Below, piece after piece: positions 40,819-50,980 of a stretch of 64,000 nucleotides of DNA. Source of the DNA: Burkholderiales bacterium (lineage in GTDB: Bacteria; Pseudomonadota; Gammaproteobacteria; Burkholderiales; SG8-39); the NCBI GenBank assembly GCA_049802235.1, contig JBARMB010000107.1, positions 103,874-167,873 of the forward strand, in the 5' to 3' direction. The position numbers were made by a program, and so were the translations under genes. Every line of letters begins with the position of its first letter. The stretch's first letter is position 1. The notes under the pieces are model-generated. The model searched no databases, was not told the DNA's origin, and saw nothing but the letters and a program-made list of their open reading frames with translations.

Positions 40819-42975
40819 TCAGGCCTTGAGAAAATCGGCGCGGTCGCCGAGCCAGCGCTCGAGGTGCCGCTCCGCCGCTTCGGCATGATCGGCGAGGAGC
40901 GACTGCGCCGTTACGCGCGCCGCTTCGATCAGATCGGCGTCCTCGTTGAGGTCGGCAAAGCGCAGCAACGGCACGCCGCTCTGGCGCGATCCCAGATATT
41001 CGCCGGGACCGCGCAACAGAAGATCCTCGCGCGCAATGACGAAGCCGTCGGTGTTCTCGAAAATCACGCGCAGCCGCCTGCGCGCCGCCTCGCCCAGGGG
41101 ATTCTGGTAGAGTAGGATGCACACCGATTCCTCGGCGCCGCGACCGACGCGCCCGCGCAACTGGTGCAGTTGCGCGAGGCCGAAGCGCTCGGCGTGCTCG
41201 ATCACCATGAGCGAAGCGTTGGGCACGTCGACGCCGACTTCGATCACGGTGGTCGCGACGAGCAGGTGAATGCGGCCCGCCAGGAAAGCCGCCATCGTCG
41301 CGGCCTTTTCCGCGGGCTTCAATCTGCCGTGGATCAACCCCACTTCGATCTCCGGAAATTCCCTGCTGAGTGCGGCGTGGGTATCGAGCGCGGTCTGCAA
41401 CTGCAGTTCTTCGGACTCCTCGATCAGCGGACAGACCCAATAGGCCTGGCGGCCCGCGGCGCAGGCCTCGCGGATACGGCGCGCGACTTCGTCGCGGCGC
41501 GAGCCGGCGACCAGCTTGGTCGCCACGGGTTTGCGGCCCGGCGGCAGCTCGTCGATCACCGACACGTCGAGGTCGGCGTAATAGCTCATCGACAGCGTGC
41601 GCGGGATCGGCGTCGCGCTCATCATCAGCTGATGCGGCTCCGCGCCCCGCGAGCGGCGTGAAACCGTACCCTTCGTGCGCAGCGCCAGGCGCTGCGCCAC
41701 GCCGAATCGATGCTGCTCGTCGACGATCGCGAGTCCGAGCGCGCCGAACTCCACCTGTCCCTGGAACAGCGCGTGCGTGCCGATCACCACCCCGGCGTCG
41801 CCGGAGGCGATCGCCGCGAGCGCGGATTCGCGCTCCTTCTTCGTCTGGCTTCCCGTGAGCCACGCCACCTGTACCCCGAGCGGGGCGAGCCACTCGCTGA
41901 ATTTTCGCCAATGCTGCTCGGCGAGGATTTCCGTCGGTGCCATGACCGCAGCCTGCAGGCCGCACTCGACCGCGCGCAGGGCGGCGAGCACCGCCACCAC
42001 GGTCTTGCCGCTGCCGACATCGCCCTGCAGCAGACGATGCATGGGATGCGGCTGCGCCACGTCGCGCTCGATTTCCTGCCACGTCCGCTGCTGCGCTCGC
42101 GTCAGCCGGAACGGCAGTCGCTCGAGCAGGGCCGCCGTGCAGCCGCGCTGACTTTCGCCTGGGCGCCGCAGGGCCGGAGCGGTGCGAGCCTTGCGCTCGC
42201 GGTAATGCTTGCGCATCGACAGCTGCTGCGCCAGCAGCTCATCGAATTTCATCCGCCGCCAGGCGGGAAGCGTGCGTGCGCCGAGCGCCGCCGGATCGGC
42301 TCCGTGGCGGGGATGATGCAGCGTGTCGACGGCCTCGCGAAATCCGCACAGTCCGAGCGGCTTGCATACGCTGTCAGGCAGCGTGTCCTCGAGCGTGGCG
42401 CGCGCAAGCGCACCCTCGATCAGGCGCCGCAGAGCGTTTTGCGCCAGCCCGGCGGTGGTCGGATAGATCGGCGTCAGCGCAGCCGGAAGGGGCGCCGGGC
42501 CGTGCAGCACGCGAAAGCGCGGATGGATCATCTCGCCGCCGAAAAATCCGCCGCGCACCTCGCCGAAGGCGCGCACCGTTTCTCCGGGCGCAAGCGCTTT
42601 CGCCTGGCTCGCGTAGAAATTGAAAAAGCGCAGCACCACCTCGCCGCTCGCATCCTCGATCCGGCACACGAGCTGCCGCCGCGGGCGATAGACGATGTCG
42701 GTCGAACGCACCGTGCCTTCGACCTGCACGGGAACACCCGCCGGGGCGTCGGCGATCGGCGTGATGCGCGTTTCGTCCTCGTAGCGCAACGGCAGATGCA
42801 GGACCAGGTCGAAGTCGCGGCGGATGCCGAGCTTTTCCAGGCGTTTCACCGTCGCCGGCGCGACGCCGGGGATTGAGGCCGCAGGGATCGCGGCGCGTGC
42901 GCGACCGGGCGACGCCGTCCCGGGGCGGGGAGACCGGTCAGAGGTTTTGCGCGTAAAGAGTCCCGGCACCGGCAC
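40819..42975 (-). CDS. recG: ATP-dependent DNA helicase RecG
   Basis: 718 aa with an N-terminal wedge/OB region, Walker A GDVGSGKT, and DEQHRFG. Confidence 0.93.
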   Translation of the reverse strand: MPVPGLFTRKTSDRSPRPGTASPGRARAAIPAASIPGVAPATVKRLEKLGIRRDFDLVLHLPLRYEDETRITPIADAPAGVPVQVEGTVRSTDIVYRPRRQLVCRIEDASGEVVLRFFNFYASQAKALAPGETVRAFGEVRGGFFGGEMIHPRFRVLHGPAPLPAALTPIYPTTAGLAQNALRRLIEGALARATLEDTLPDSVCKPLGLCGFREAVDTLHHPRHGADPAALGARTLPAWRRMKFDELLAQQLSMRKHYRERKARTAPALRRPGESQRGCTAALLERLPFRLTRAQQRTWQEIERDVAQPHPMHRLLQGDVGSGKTVVAVLAALRAVECGLQAAVMAPTEILAEQHWRKFSEWLAPLGVQVAWLTGSQTKKERESALAAIASGDAGVVIGTHALFQGQVEFGALGLAIVDEQHRFGVAQRLALRTKGTVSRRSRGAEPHQLMMSATPIPRTLSMSYYADLDVSVIDELPPGRKPVATKLVAGSRRDEVARRIREACAAGRQAYWVCPLIEESEELQLQTALDTHAALSREFPEIEVGLIHGRLKPAEKAATMAAFLAGRIHLLVATTVIEVGVDVPNASLMVIEHAERFGLAQLHQLRGRVGRGAEESVCILLYQNPLGEAARRRLRVIFENTDGFVIAREDLLLRGPGEYLGSRQSGVPLLRFADLNEDADLIEAARVTAQSLLADHAEAAERHLERWLGDRADFLKA

Positions 42976-42996
42976 GCAACCCCGAATCCTCGATCC

Positions 42997-43380
42997 TCAT
43001 CGCTTGAGCACCAGAATCGCATCGGCCTCGATCAGCGCCCCGCGCGGCAGGGCCGCGACGCCGACCGCGGCGCGCGCCGGATACGGCGGGTCGAAATACC
43101 CGGCCATGATCTCGTTGACGCGGGCGAAGTACGCGAGGTCGGTCAGGTACACCGTGAGCTTCACCGCATCGGCGAGCGATCCGCCCGCCGCCTCGGCGAG
43201 CGCGCCGAGGTTGGCGAACACGCGGCGGATCTGATTGTCCGCGCCTTCCACGAGCTGGCCGGTCGCCGGATCGAGTCCGATCTGGCCCGAAACATACACG
43301 GTATCGCCGGCGCGCACCGCCTGCGAATAGGCGCCGATCGCCGCCGGCGCGTTGCGGGTGGAAATGATCGATCGGGTCAT
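42997..43380 (-). CDS. ridA: RidA/YjgF-family reactive-intermediate deaminase
   Basis: ATG 43380. The 127-aa protein carries [21 protein letters not shown]. Confidence 0.88.
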   Translation of the reverse strand: MTRSIISTRNAPAAIGAYSQAVRAGDTVYVSGQIGLDPATGQLVEGADNQIRRVFANLGALAEAAGGSLADAVKLTVYLTDLAYFARVNEIMAGYFDPPYPARAAVGVAALPRGALIEADAILVLKR

Positions 43381-43453
43381 GGCGAGGGTCGGGTTGGCGT
43401 GAGGCGACTGATCTATAATATCCGCGCTGGGCCAGGCTGCGCCAGCGCCTTCG

Positions 43454-43801
43454 ATGACCTCCCCGCACATCGCCAATCTCCTAAAGCTTCTGGGCACGCC
43501 CAGGGACGGTGCGCTGCTGCGCTTTTCCCTGGGGAACGAATACTTGAAAATCGCCGATTTCGAGCACGCCATTGCGTACCTGAACGCAGCGGTCGAAAAG
43601 GATCCCGGCCACTCCGCCGCCTGGAAGCTGCTCGGGCGCGCGCTCGCCGAGTCGGGCCGCGCCGGTGCTGCGCTGCAAGCCTGGCGCTCGGGCATCGCCG
43701 TCGCCGAGCGCAAAGGCGACAAGCAGGCGGCGAAGGAGATGACGGTGTTCGCGCGGCGCATCGCGAAGCAGCCGAAAACCAAAGAACAAGACGCCTCTTG
43801 A
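43454..43801 (+). CDS. small TPR-like helical protein
   Basis: 115 aa with a TPR-like repeat pattern ([38 protein letters not shown]). Its stop is 2 nt before the next gene's ATG. Confidence 0.5.
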   Translation: MTSPHIANLLKLLGTPRDGALLRFSLGNEYLKIADFEHAIAYLNAAVEKDPGHSAAWKLLGRALAESGRAGAALQAWRSGIAVAERKGDKQAAKEMTVFARRIAKQPKTKEQDAS

Positions 43802-43803
43802 CC

Positions 43804-45771
43804 ATGCCACTCGCCGCCCTGCGCCAGACGATTTTCGGCAAGCCGCTCGACCCTCTCAATCCGAAAACCCGCCAGCACATCGCGCTGGTGGCTTTTCTTG
43901 CCTGGGTGGGCCTCGGCGCGGACGGGCTGTCGTCCTCCTGCTATGGCCCGGAGGAGGCGTTCCGCGCACTCGGCGAGCACACGCATCTGGGCATCTATCT
44001 GGCGCTCGCCACCGCGGCGACGGTGTTCATCATTGCCCTCGCCTACAACCAGGTGATCGAGCTGTTCCCGAGCGGCGGCGGCGGCTACAAGGTCGCCACG
44101 CGCCTCATCGGACCTTATGCCGGACTCGTCTCCGGGTCGGCGCTGATCCTCGATTACGTACTGACCATCGCGATCTCCGTCGCGAGCGGCATGGACGCGC
44201 TGTTTTCCCTGCTGCCCGTGGGCGCGACAGGCTTCAAGCTCGCCGCGGACCTTGGACTGGTGGTGCTGCTGATGTATCTCAATCTGCGCGGCATGAAAGA
44301 ATCGATCACCATTCTGCTGCCGATTTTCCTGGGATTTTTCATCAGCCACGCTTTCCTGATCAGCTACGGCATTCTCGATCACGTGGAACGTGTCCCGAGC
44401 CTCGTCCCGGACACACTGCGCGAAACCGTCGATCTCACCCGCGAGCACGGCTGGATCTTCGTCGCGGCGCTGTTTCTGCGCGCCTATTCCCTCGGCGGCG
44501 GAACCTATACCGGGATCGAGGCGGTGTCGAACAACGTCCAGTCGCTCGCCGAGCCGCGGGTCCAGACCGGCAAGCTCAGCATGCTGTACATGGCGCTTTC
44601 GCTCGCGTTCACGGCGGGGGGCATCATCCTGCTCTACCTGCTGTGGCAGGCGAGGCCGGTCGAGGGGCAGACGCTCAACGCGGTCGTGTTCGGCTCGATC
44701 ATCCAGAGCTTTGGCTGGAACGACTCATTCATGAACGGGACGGCGCTGTGGCTCGTGCTCGCATTCGAGGCGGGGCTCCTGTTCGTGGCTTCGAACACGG
44801 GCTTTCTCGGCGGGCCGGCCGTACTGGCAAACATGGCGGCCGACTCCTGGGTGCCGCACCAGTTCCGCTACCTGTCGACCCGACTTGTCACCATCAACGG
44901 CATCCTGCTGATGGGCATCGCCGCGATTGCCATCCTGATCTTCACGCGCGGGAGCGTGGCGCTGCTGGTGGTGCTCTACAGCATCAACGTGTTTCTCACG
45001 TTCTCGCTGTCGCTGGTCGGGCTCTGCGTCTACTGGTGGAGGATGCGCACCAAGGACGGGCGCTGGCTGAAGCGCCTGGCACTTTCCGGCGTCGGGCTTG
45101 CTGTCACCTTCAGCATCCTGATTGTGACCCTCATCGAGAAATTCGCCGAAGGCGGCTGGCTGACTGTGTTGATCACCAGCGTGGTCATCGTGCTGGGCCT
45201 GATCGTTCACCATCATTACTTGGACACGAAGGTTCGCCTGAAGAAAATCGACGAGGTGTTCGCCAATCAGCCGTTCGGCAGTATTGTGAACGCCCCGAAA
45301 ATAGACCGTGATCAGCCGACCGCGGCATTCATCGTCGGATCGAGCCGCGGCGGCGGCCTGCACGCCTTGCTTTGGGTGCAGCGCATGTTTCCGGGACATT
45401 TCCGCAATTTCGTGTTCATCAATGCGCGCAGCGTCGACTCGCAGAGCTACGGCGGCGAGGAGTCGCTGCGGTTGCTGAGGCAGGAAGCGACGGTTTCCCT
45501 CAACTATTTCGTGAACTTCTCCAACAGCTACGGGCTCGCGGCGAAATCCTATCTGGCATTCGGCACCGACCCGATCGAAGAGATCACCAAGCTCGCCGAC
45601 CAGGTCAGCCGCGATTTCCCGAATACGATTTTCTTCACCAGCAAGCTCATCTTCGAGCATGAGAACTGGTTCACCCATCTGCTCCACAACCAGGCGCCGC
45701 TCGCGCTGCAGCAGCGGCTGCACCTGCAAGGCATGCAGATGATCATCCTGCCGATGAAGCTCAGCGCCTAG
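43804..45771 (+). CDS. APC-superfamily permease with C-terminal cytoplasmic domain (KimA-like, possible K+ uptake)
   Basis: ATG 43804. The 655-aa protein has an N-terminal 12-TM APC core ([41 protein letters not shown]) that, as I recall it, resembles Bacillus KimA. A soluble C-terminal domain of about 190 aa follows. Confidence 0.75.
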   Translation: MPLAALRQTIFGKPLDPLNPKTRQHIALVAFLAWVGLGADGLSSSCYGPEEAFRALGEHTHLGIYLALATAATVFIIALAYNQVIELFPSGGGGYKVATRLIGPYAGLVSGSALILDYVLTIAISVASGMDALFSLLPVGATGFKLAADLGLVVLLMYLNLRGMKESITILLPIFLGFFISHAFLISYGILDHVERVPSLVPDTLRETVDLTREHGWIFVAALFLRAYSLGGGTYTGIEAVSNNVQSLAEPRVQTGKLSMLYMALSLAFTAGGIILLYLLWQARPVEGQTLNAVVFGSIIQSFGWNDSFMNGTALWLVLAFEAGLLFVASNTGFLGGPAVLANMAADSWVPHQFRYLSTRLVTINGILLMGIAAIAILIFTRGSVALLVVLYSINVFLTFSLSLVGLCVYWWRMRTKDGRWLKRLALSGVGLAVTFSILIVTLIEKFAEGGWLTVLITSVVIVLGLIVHHHYLDTKVRLKKIDEVFANQPFGSIVNAPKIDRDQPTAAFIVGSSRGGGLHALLWVQRMFPGHFRNFVFINARSVDSQSYGGEESLRLLRQEATVSLNYFVNFSNSYGLAAKSYLAFGTDPIEEITKLADQVSRDFPNTIFFTSKLIFEHENWFTHLLHNQAPLALQQRLHLQGMQMIILPMKLSA

Positions 45772-45853
45772 GAACGGACTGAAGAAGTACGGGTTGCGTC
45801 GCGAGCGGGGCGACCGGGACGGCTGGAGCATGGACCCCGGCCGCAGAAAATCG

Positions 45854-45929
<76 letters not shown>

Positions 45930-45944
45930 AAAGAAGAGCTGTAT

Positions 45945-45973
45945 ATTGTAGCGGCTCGGCCGCGCCGAGACAA
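45945..45973 (-). promoter_or_regulatory. candidate sigma70 promoter of tRNA-Ala
   Basis: The minus strand reads TTGTCT-N17-TACAAT, ending about 15 nt before the tRNA 5' end. Confidence 0.45.
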
Positions 45974-46002
45974 ATCCCGCCTCGCGCCGGCAACGGCAAA
46001 TG

Positions 46003-46037
46003 AAAAGCCCCGGAAGCTCGCCTCCGGGGCTTTTTTT
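46003..46037. terminator. bidirectional-looking rho-independent terminator
   Basis: AAAAGCCCCGGAAGCTCGCCTCCGGGGCTTTTTTT has an 8-bp GC stem flanked by an A-run and a T-run. It lies 26 nt downstream of the FadL-like gene on the minus strand. Confidence 0.6.
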
Positions 46038-46062
46038 AGAGCAGCCCGCAACCGCTTCGAGG

Positions 46063-47415
46063 CTAGTATCGCTTCTGCCAGGCAACGCCCACCGAGTACT
46101 CGCTCATGCTGATCGTTTCGGTTCCGCCAGCGCCAGCCCCCATGAACTGATCGAACAGGCTGGCCCCGGTCACGCTCTTGCGCGGCGCGTACATCGCCGC
46201 CATGGTGATATCCGAGTCGGATGCCACACCATAAGTGAAACCGGCGGTCCAGTGATCCTGAACGACACCCGGCGCGAGGATATTGAACGTCACGTCGGCG
46301 GAGCGGATCGGGTTCTTGCTCTTGCCGTAGCCGCCGCGCACCGTCAGCGCATCGCTCCACTGGTATTCGAGGCCCAGCTTGATGACGTTGACGTCCTGCC
46401 AGCCGAAGCCGCGGCCATCGGTCCCGCCGAGCGAGTTCGGGATTCCCGGATTTCCGGCAACGGCAAAGGTGCTCGAATTGCCCACGGACTTGACGCCGCT
46501 GTAATTGATTTGCTTGTAGTCCGCCAGAACGGTGAGCTTGGGTGCCGCCTTGAACGCGGCGCCGATGCTCCAGTTGGCCGGCATGTCGAAGCCGCCCTGC
46601 TCGGCAAACAAGCCGGCGTACTTGCTGAACTTGGACATGGCGATCTTGGTCGAGTACGCGGCGCCGATGCTCACGCTGTCGCTCAGCTTGCCCAGCCAGC
46701 CGAAGCGCACGCCCCAGCCTGTCGCGGTGTCGTAGCCGTTGTTGGTGAGCTTGGACGCATCGGTCGAGAATCCGGCGAAGCCCTGCAAGCCCTCGGCCTT
46801 GAAGCGCTGATAACCGAGAAGCGGCGAGATGCCGATGGACTGGTTCGGCATCATTTTCCACGACAGCGTGGGAGCGAAAATCAACTGCGACAAGTCGACA
46901 CCCAGATTGCCATCGCCGCACAACATGTTGTAGCTGGCCTTGGGGGTTCCGAGACCACCTGTCTGAAAGAAATTACATGTACCAGTACCGGCAGCACTCG
47001 TGATCTGCCCGCCCGGGTAATTGGTGTTCATGCCGCCGTTACCGTACACCGTCACGCCGAGCGAAAGATCCGGACTCAGCATTTTGTTGTAACCGAACTC
47101 GGGTATGAAAAACATCGTGTCGCCGCTGGTGACCGAACCGTCGAGTCCCACTGTCGCTGTCGGCGAGCCGGTACGCGCGGCATCACGGTCGGGGCTGAAC
47201 AGGTCGATGCCCAGATCGAAACGGTTGCCGACCCAGACCATCGTCGCCGGGTTGGTCGCACCGCCGAAGGTGTCGCCCGTATAAGCGGTCGTGGCGCCGG
47301 CCATGCCTTTCGACTTCATGCCGTAACCGTGGGAAAAATAGCCGTCGGTCGCCCCGGCCAGCCCCGGTGCGAGGCACGCCCCCATTACTGCCACTGCGAT
47401 TGCCTTGGATTTCAT
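46063..47415 (-). CDS. outer-membrane transport protein of the OmpP1/FadL/TodX family
   Basis: 450 aa with a signal peptide ([22 protein letters not shown]) and an N-terminal hatch-like GYFSHGYG. Alternating beta-strand sequence runs throughout and the C-terminal residue is aromatic. An AGGAGG site precedes the ATG. Confidence 0.8.
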   Translation of the reverse strand: MKSKAIAVAVMGACLAPGLAGATDGYFSHGYGMKSKGMAGATTAYTGDTFGGATNPATMVWVGNRFDLGIDLFSPDRDAARTGSPTATVGLDGSVTSGDTMFFIPEFGYNKMLSPDLSLGVTVYGNGGMNTNYPGGQITSAAGTGTCNFFQTGGLGTPKASYNMLCGDGNLGVDLSQLIFAPTLSWKMMPNQSIGISPLLGYQRFKAEGLQGFAGFSTDASKLTNNGYDTATGWGVRFGWLGKLSDSVSIGAAYSTKIAMSKFSKYAGLFAEQGGFDMPANWSIGAAFKAAPKLTVLADYKQINYSGVKSVGNSSTFAVAGNPGIPNSLGGTDGRGFGWQDVNVIKLGLEYQWSDALTVRGGYGKSKNPIRSADVTFNILAPGVVQDHWTAGFTYGVASDSDITMAAMYAPRKSVTGASLFDQFMGAGAGGTETISMSEYSVGVAWQKRY

Positions 47416-47467
47416 CTTCCCCTCCTATCAGTTGAAAACTGCCCCCTCGCAAAGCAAACCCGAAATA

Positions 47468-48085
47468 TCAGATAAACAGGGAGACGTCGGCGTCCTTCGC
47501 CATCGGCAGGAAGGTCGCCGCGCCGCAGTACTCTTTTACTTCCGGAATAAAATCGTCGTGGGTGAAGCCGAACAGGTCCACCGTCATCTGGCAACCGATC
47601 AGGTTGACGCCGGATTCGATGCAGGCTTCGCGCAGCTCGGGAATGGTGGCGATGCCCTTGTTCTTGATGGTCTGGCGCATCAGCCCGCTCGCCATGGCCT
47701 CGAATCCCGGGGCAATCGCCTGCACCGCATTGGGTATGTTCCAACTGATGCCCTTGAACCAATCCGGCCCGAAGGGCATTTTCATCGGCATCGCCGGGTT
47801 GCCCAGCGGGCTGATTTTCAGGTCGCTCAGGTCCTTCCTCAGCAGCAGCAGGCCGTAGAAGGTGAAGAAAACCGACACGTTCCAGCCCAGCGCCGCAGCC
47901 GTGGAAGCGAGGATGAACGGCGGATACGCCCAGTCGAGCGTTCCGCGGGTGGCGATGATGGTCATGGAAGGCGTCTTCTTCGCCTCCCGCTCGGCCAGCT
48001 TCTGTTCGAGTCTTTCGGAAAGGATTTCGTCTATGCGCTGCTTGATCATTGCATCGATGGCAGCGGTGTCCGGCATGACTCCCAT
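47468..48085 (-). CDS. DsrE/DsrF/DrsH-like family protein (COG2210-type sulfur-carrier fold)
   Basis: ATG 48085 is preceded by GAAGGGGG. The 205-aa protein has TIIATRGTLDWAYPPFILASTAAALGW and the conserved Cys region LIGCQMTVDLFG, typical of DrsE_2/COG2210 proteins. Confidence 0.7.
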   Translation of the reverse strand: MGVMPDTAAIDAMIKQRIDEILSERLEQKLAEREAKKTPSMTIIATRGTLDWAYPPFILASTAAALGWNVSVFFTFYGLLLLRKDLSDLKISPLGNPAMPMKMPFGPDWFKGISWNIPNAVQAIAPGFEAMASGLMRQTIKNKGIATIPELREACIESGVNLIGCQMTVDLFGFTHDDFIPEVKEYCGAATFLPMAKDADVSLFI

Positions 48086-48366
48086 GACGTGTCCCCCTTC
48101 AATTGAGATTGATAAAGCAACCGTCCGCGACGGCTGTTGCGCCGTGACCACTCGCCGATCCGAACAGGTTCCGGTTCCGGTAGAGTATATTAATAGTTGG
48201 TGATTTTCTAATGAATCAGGCGAACATACAAGTCCCTGTGTGACCCGCCCTGAGGACTGGCGCGGAGCGGGCGATGATATCCTGTGGTGTCCCCTGATCC
48301 ACCAGCCAAAAAATTGATCGGGACATAGAGATTTTTTAAGACAGGACACCAGGCGCGACCACCCGT

Positions 48367-48981
48367 ATGACAGCAGAAAAGGAACGGTTCCTGCACGCGA
48401 TCGAGCGCTTCGACGCCGCCAATGGCGAAGACCCGAACCGGACGCTCGCCGACGGCCGGGAACAGCCGAAGGAATTGCTCTACGGCAGGCGTCTCAGCGC
48501 CATGCTGGAACGCTTCGCCCCGGAAGCACCGGAGGCGCTGCGGCTGGCGGTGCGCTGCCAGCATATCCAGCGCTGGCGCACACCGCGCGATACCTACCCC
48601 AGGACGCCGCTGGGTTATCAGCAGTGGCGGACGCAACTGATGAAATTCCACGCCGAGACTGCGGGCCGCATCCTGCGCGAGGTCGGTTACGAGGAAGCAA
48701 TGATCGGACGCGTCAAATCGCTGGTCCGCAAGGAGGGCCTGAAGCGCGACCCCGACTGCCAGACGCTCGAGGATGTGGTGGACCTTGTATTTCTGGAAAA
48801 CTATCTGGCGGATTTTGTCGCTTCCCATCCCGACTACGACGAGGCGAAATTCGCCGACATCCTGAATAAGACCTGGAAAAAGATGTCCACACGCGGCCAT
48901 GAGGCAGCGCTTTCGATGATCAAGCTGCCCGAGCACCTGCTGCCCGTCATCCACAGGGCGGTGCTCCCGGGCGATGGATGA
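48367..48981 (+). CDS. DUF4202-family protein
   Basis: 204 aa. The sequence (RCQHIQRWRTPRDTYPRTPLGYQQWRTQLMKFHA...) matches my recollection of DUF4202. Function is unknown. Confidence 0.6.
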   Translation: MTAEKERFLHAIERFDAANGEDPNRTLADGREQPKELLYGRRLSAMLERFAPEAPEALRLAVRCQHIQRWRTPRDTYPRTPLGYQQWRTQLMKFHAETAGRILREVGYEEAMIGRVKSLVRKEGLKRDPDCQTLEDVVDLVFLENYLADFVASHPDYDEAKFADILNKTWKKMSTRGHEAALSMIKLPEHLLPVIHRAVLPGDG

Positions 48982-49058
48982 TCCGCTGATGAATTGCGGA
49001 ACCGGGCCGGAATCGTCCGCTCTAACCTATCCTTGCCCGCTCCGGCGAAAATTACCCG

Positions 49059-50324
49059 ATGCGCACGACACGCAAAACAGCGTCCGACATGGATAAATCC
49101 CCGACGGTGCATCCGTTGCTCCGGCGCGACACGGCCGGCTCCGGGAGCGCCGTCTCGGGCAGCCGGCACGGTATCGAGGCACTGAAGATTCTTGCCGAAG
49201 CCGCGGGGACGGGAGAGCGCGATCCGGAGGCACTGCTCGGCCGCTCGCTTGAAATCATGATGCGGCTCGCAGGCGCCGCCGCCGGCATCGTACGCGTGGT
49301 AACCGGCGACGGCGCACACATGCGACTGGTGGCCGCGGCCGGCCTGCCTGCCGAGGTCGTGGAGCGCGAGCAGTTGGTCGATCTCGACTGCGGGGTTTGC
49401 GGCGCCGCCGTGAGCGACGATGCCGTGCACGCAGCGCACGACCTGTCGTTGTGTGCCGGGCGTGCCGGGGCCGCCGGATTGGCCCCCTACCGGGCAATCA
49501 CGGCGATCCCGCTCAAGCACCTCGACAAGGTGCTCGGCACATATACGCTTTTTTTTTCGGAGAAACGCGACCTTCCCGAAGATCTCGCGCTGCTGTTTCA
49601 ATCCATCATTGAGCACCTCGGCATGGCGCTCGAGCACGCACGCCTGCTGCGCGAGAACATGCGCATGACGCTCATGAACGAGCGCCAGATGATGGCGAAC
49701 GAGGTGCATGATTCGCTGGCGCAGACCATGGCCTACATGAACATCCGGCTGACGATGATGCTGGAAGCCGTCAACCACGATGAAAAACAGCAGGCGCTGA
49801 AATATGCCTCCGACACGCAGCAGGCGCTGGAGGGCGCGTATGCCGACCTGCGGGACCTTCTGTCGCAGTTCCGCAACCGGATGGATCCGCTCGGACTGGT
49901 GCACGCGCTGCAGGAGGTCGTTTCGCGATTCTACGACCGCACCGGCATCTCGCTCGATTTCGAAAACAGGGTCGCCGACCTGGACCTCACGGTGAATCAG
50001 GAAGCGCAGGTGTTTCACATCGTGCAGGAAGCGCTTGCGAACGTGGTGCGGCATTCCGGCGCAAAGCACGCCAGGCTGACGGTAGACCGGCGCGACGACC
50101 AGTACGAATTCACGGTCGAGGATGATGGACTCGGTTTTTTCGCCATGGGAAACAGGCTGGGCGAAATCGGGGAGCAAACGCACCTGCGGCACCATCTGGG
50201 CATCAACATCATGCGCGAACGTGCACAGAGCATGAACGGCAGAATCGAGATCGCCAATCTGCCGCAGGGAGGGGCCCGCATGCGGCTGGTGTTACCCGCG
50301 AACGCAAGCGGAGACGGGTCGTGA
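49059..50324 (+). CDS. GAF-domain sensor histidine kinase (HisKA_3/NarX-type)
   Basis: A cytoplasmic N-terminal GAF-like region is followed by H-box ANEVHDSLAQTMAY and an ATPase domain (QEALANVVRHSGA, DDGLGF, LGINIMRERA). The start could instead be ATG 49089. Confidence 0.8.
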   Translation: MRTTRKTASDMDKSPTVHPLLRRDTAGSGSAVSGSRHGIEALKILAEAAGTGERDPEALLGRSLEIMMRLAGAAAGIVRVVTGDGAHMRLVAAAGLPAEVVEREQLVDLDCGVCGAAVSDDAVHAAHDLSLCAGRAGAAGLAPYRAITAIPLKHLDKVLGTYTLFFSEKRDLPEDLALLFQSIIEHLGMALEHARLLRENMRMTLMNERQMMANEVHDSLAQTMAYMNIRLTMMLEAVNHDEKQQALKYASDTQQALEGAYADLRDLLSQFRNRMDPLGLVHALQEVVSRFYDRTGISLDFENRVADLDLTVNQEAQVFHIVQEALANVVRHSGAKHARLTVDRRDDQYEFTVEDDGLGFFAMGNRLGEIGEQTHLRHHLGINIMRERAQSMNGRIEIANLPQGGARMRLVLPANASGDGS

Positions 50325-50980
50325 GCGCACCGATACGGGTAATGGTGGTCGATGACCACACGCTGTTTCGCAAGGGGCTGGCGGAACTGCTTCAGCGTGC
50401 CGGCGTGATCGAGATCGTAGCCATCACCGGCAGTGCCGCAGAAGCCGAGTCGCTGGTGCGCAAGCTGGCGCCGGAAGTGCTGATCCTCGACCTGAATCTG
50501 CCGCCGCACGGAGGGCTCGCCCTGCTGCGCGATCTGCAACATTCAGGCTGGAGCGGCGCGACCCTGATCCTGACCGTAAGCGATTCGGAGGAAGACCTGG
50601 CAAATGCGCTGCGCCTGGGCGCGCGCGGTTACCTGCTGAAGGACATGGAGCCCGATGATCTGGCAGACGCCGTGGTGCGGGCGGCACGCGGGGAAACAGT
50701 GGTCGCCCCGGCGATGACCCTGAAGCTGGTCAACCTGCTGCAACCGGGCAAGGGCGGCAAACCGAAGGAAAGTCTTCTGAGCCAGCTGACCGACCGCGAA
50801 CGCCAGATCCTCGATTATCTCGCCAAGGGCCTGTCGAACAAGGCGATCGGGCGCACGCTCAACATCAGCCACGACACGGTGAAGCTGCACGTGCGCCACA
50901 TTCTCGCCAAGCTCAATCTGACATCGCGCGTCGAGGCAGCCGTGTTTGCGGTGGAACTTCGTTCCGCTCCTCAGAAATAG
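50321..50980 (+). CDS. NarL/FixJ (LuxR-type HTH) response regulator
   Basis: A receiver (IRVMVVDDH...LDLNLP) is followed by a C-terminal LuxR HTH ([36 protein letters not shown]). It overlaps the kinase gene by 4 bp. Confidence 0.88.
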   Translation: MSAPIRVMVVDDHTLFRKGLAELLQRAGVIEIVAITGSAAEAESLVRKLAPEVLILDLNLPPHGGLALLRDLQHSGWSGATLILTVSDSEEDLANALRLGARGYLLKDMEPDDLADAVVRAARGETVVAPAMTLKLVNLLQPGKGGKPKESLLSQLTDRERQILDYLAKGLSNKAIGRTLNISHDTVKLHVRHILAKLNLTSRVEAAVFAVELRSAPQK

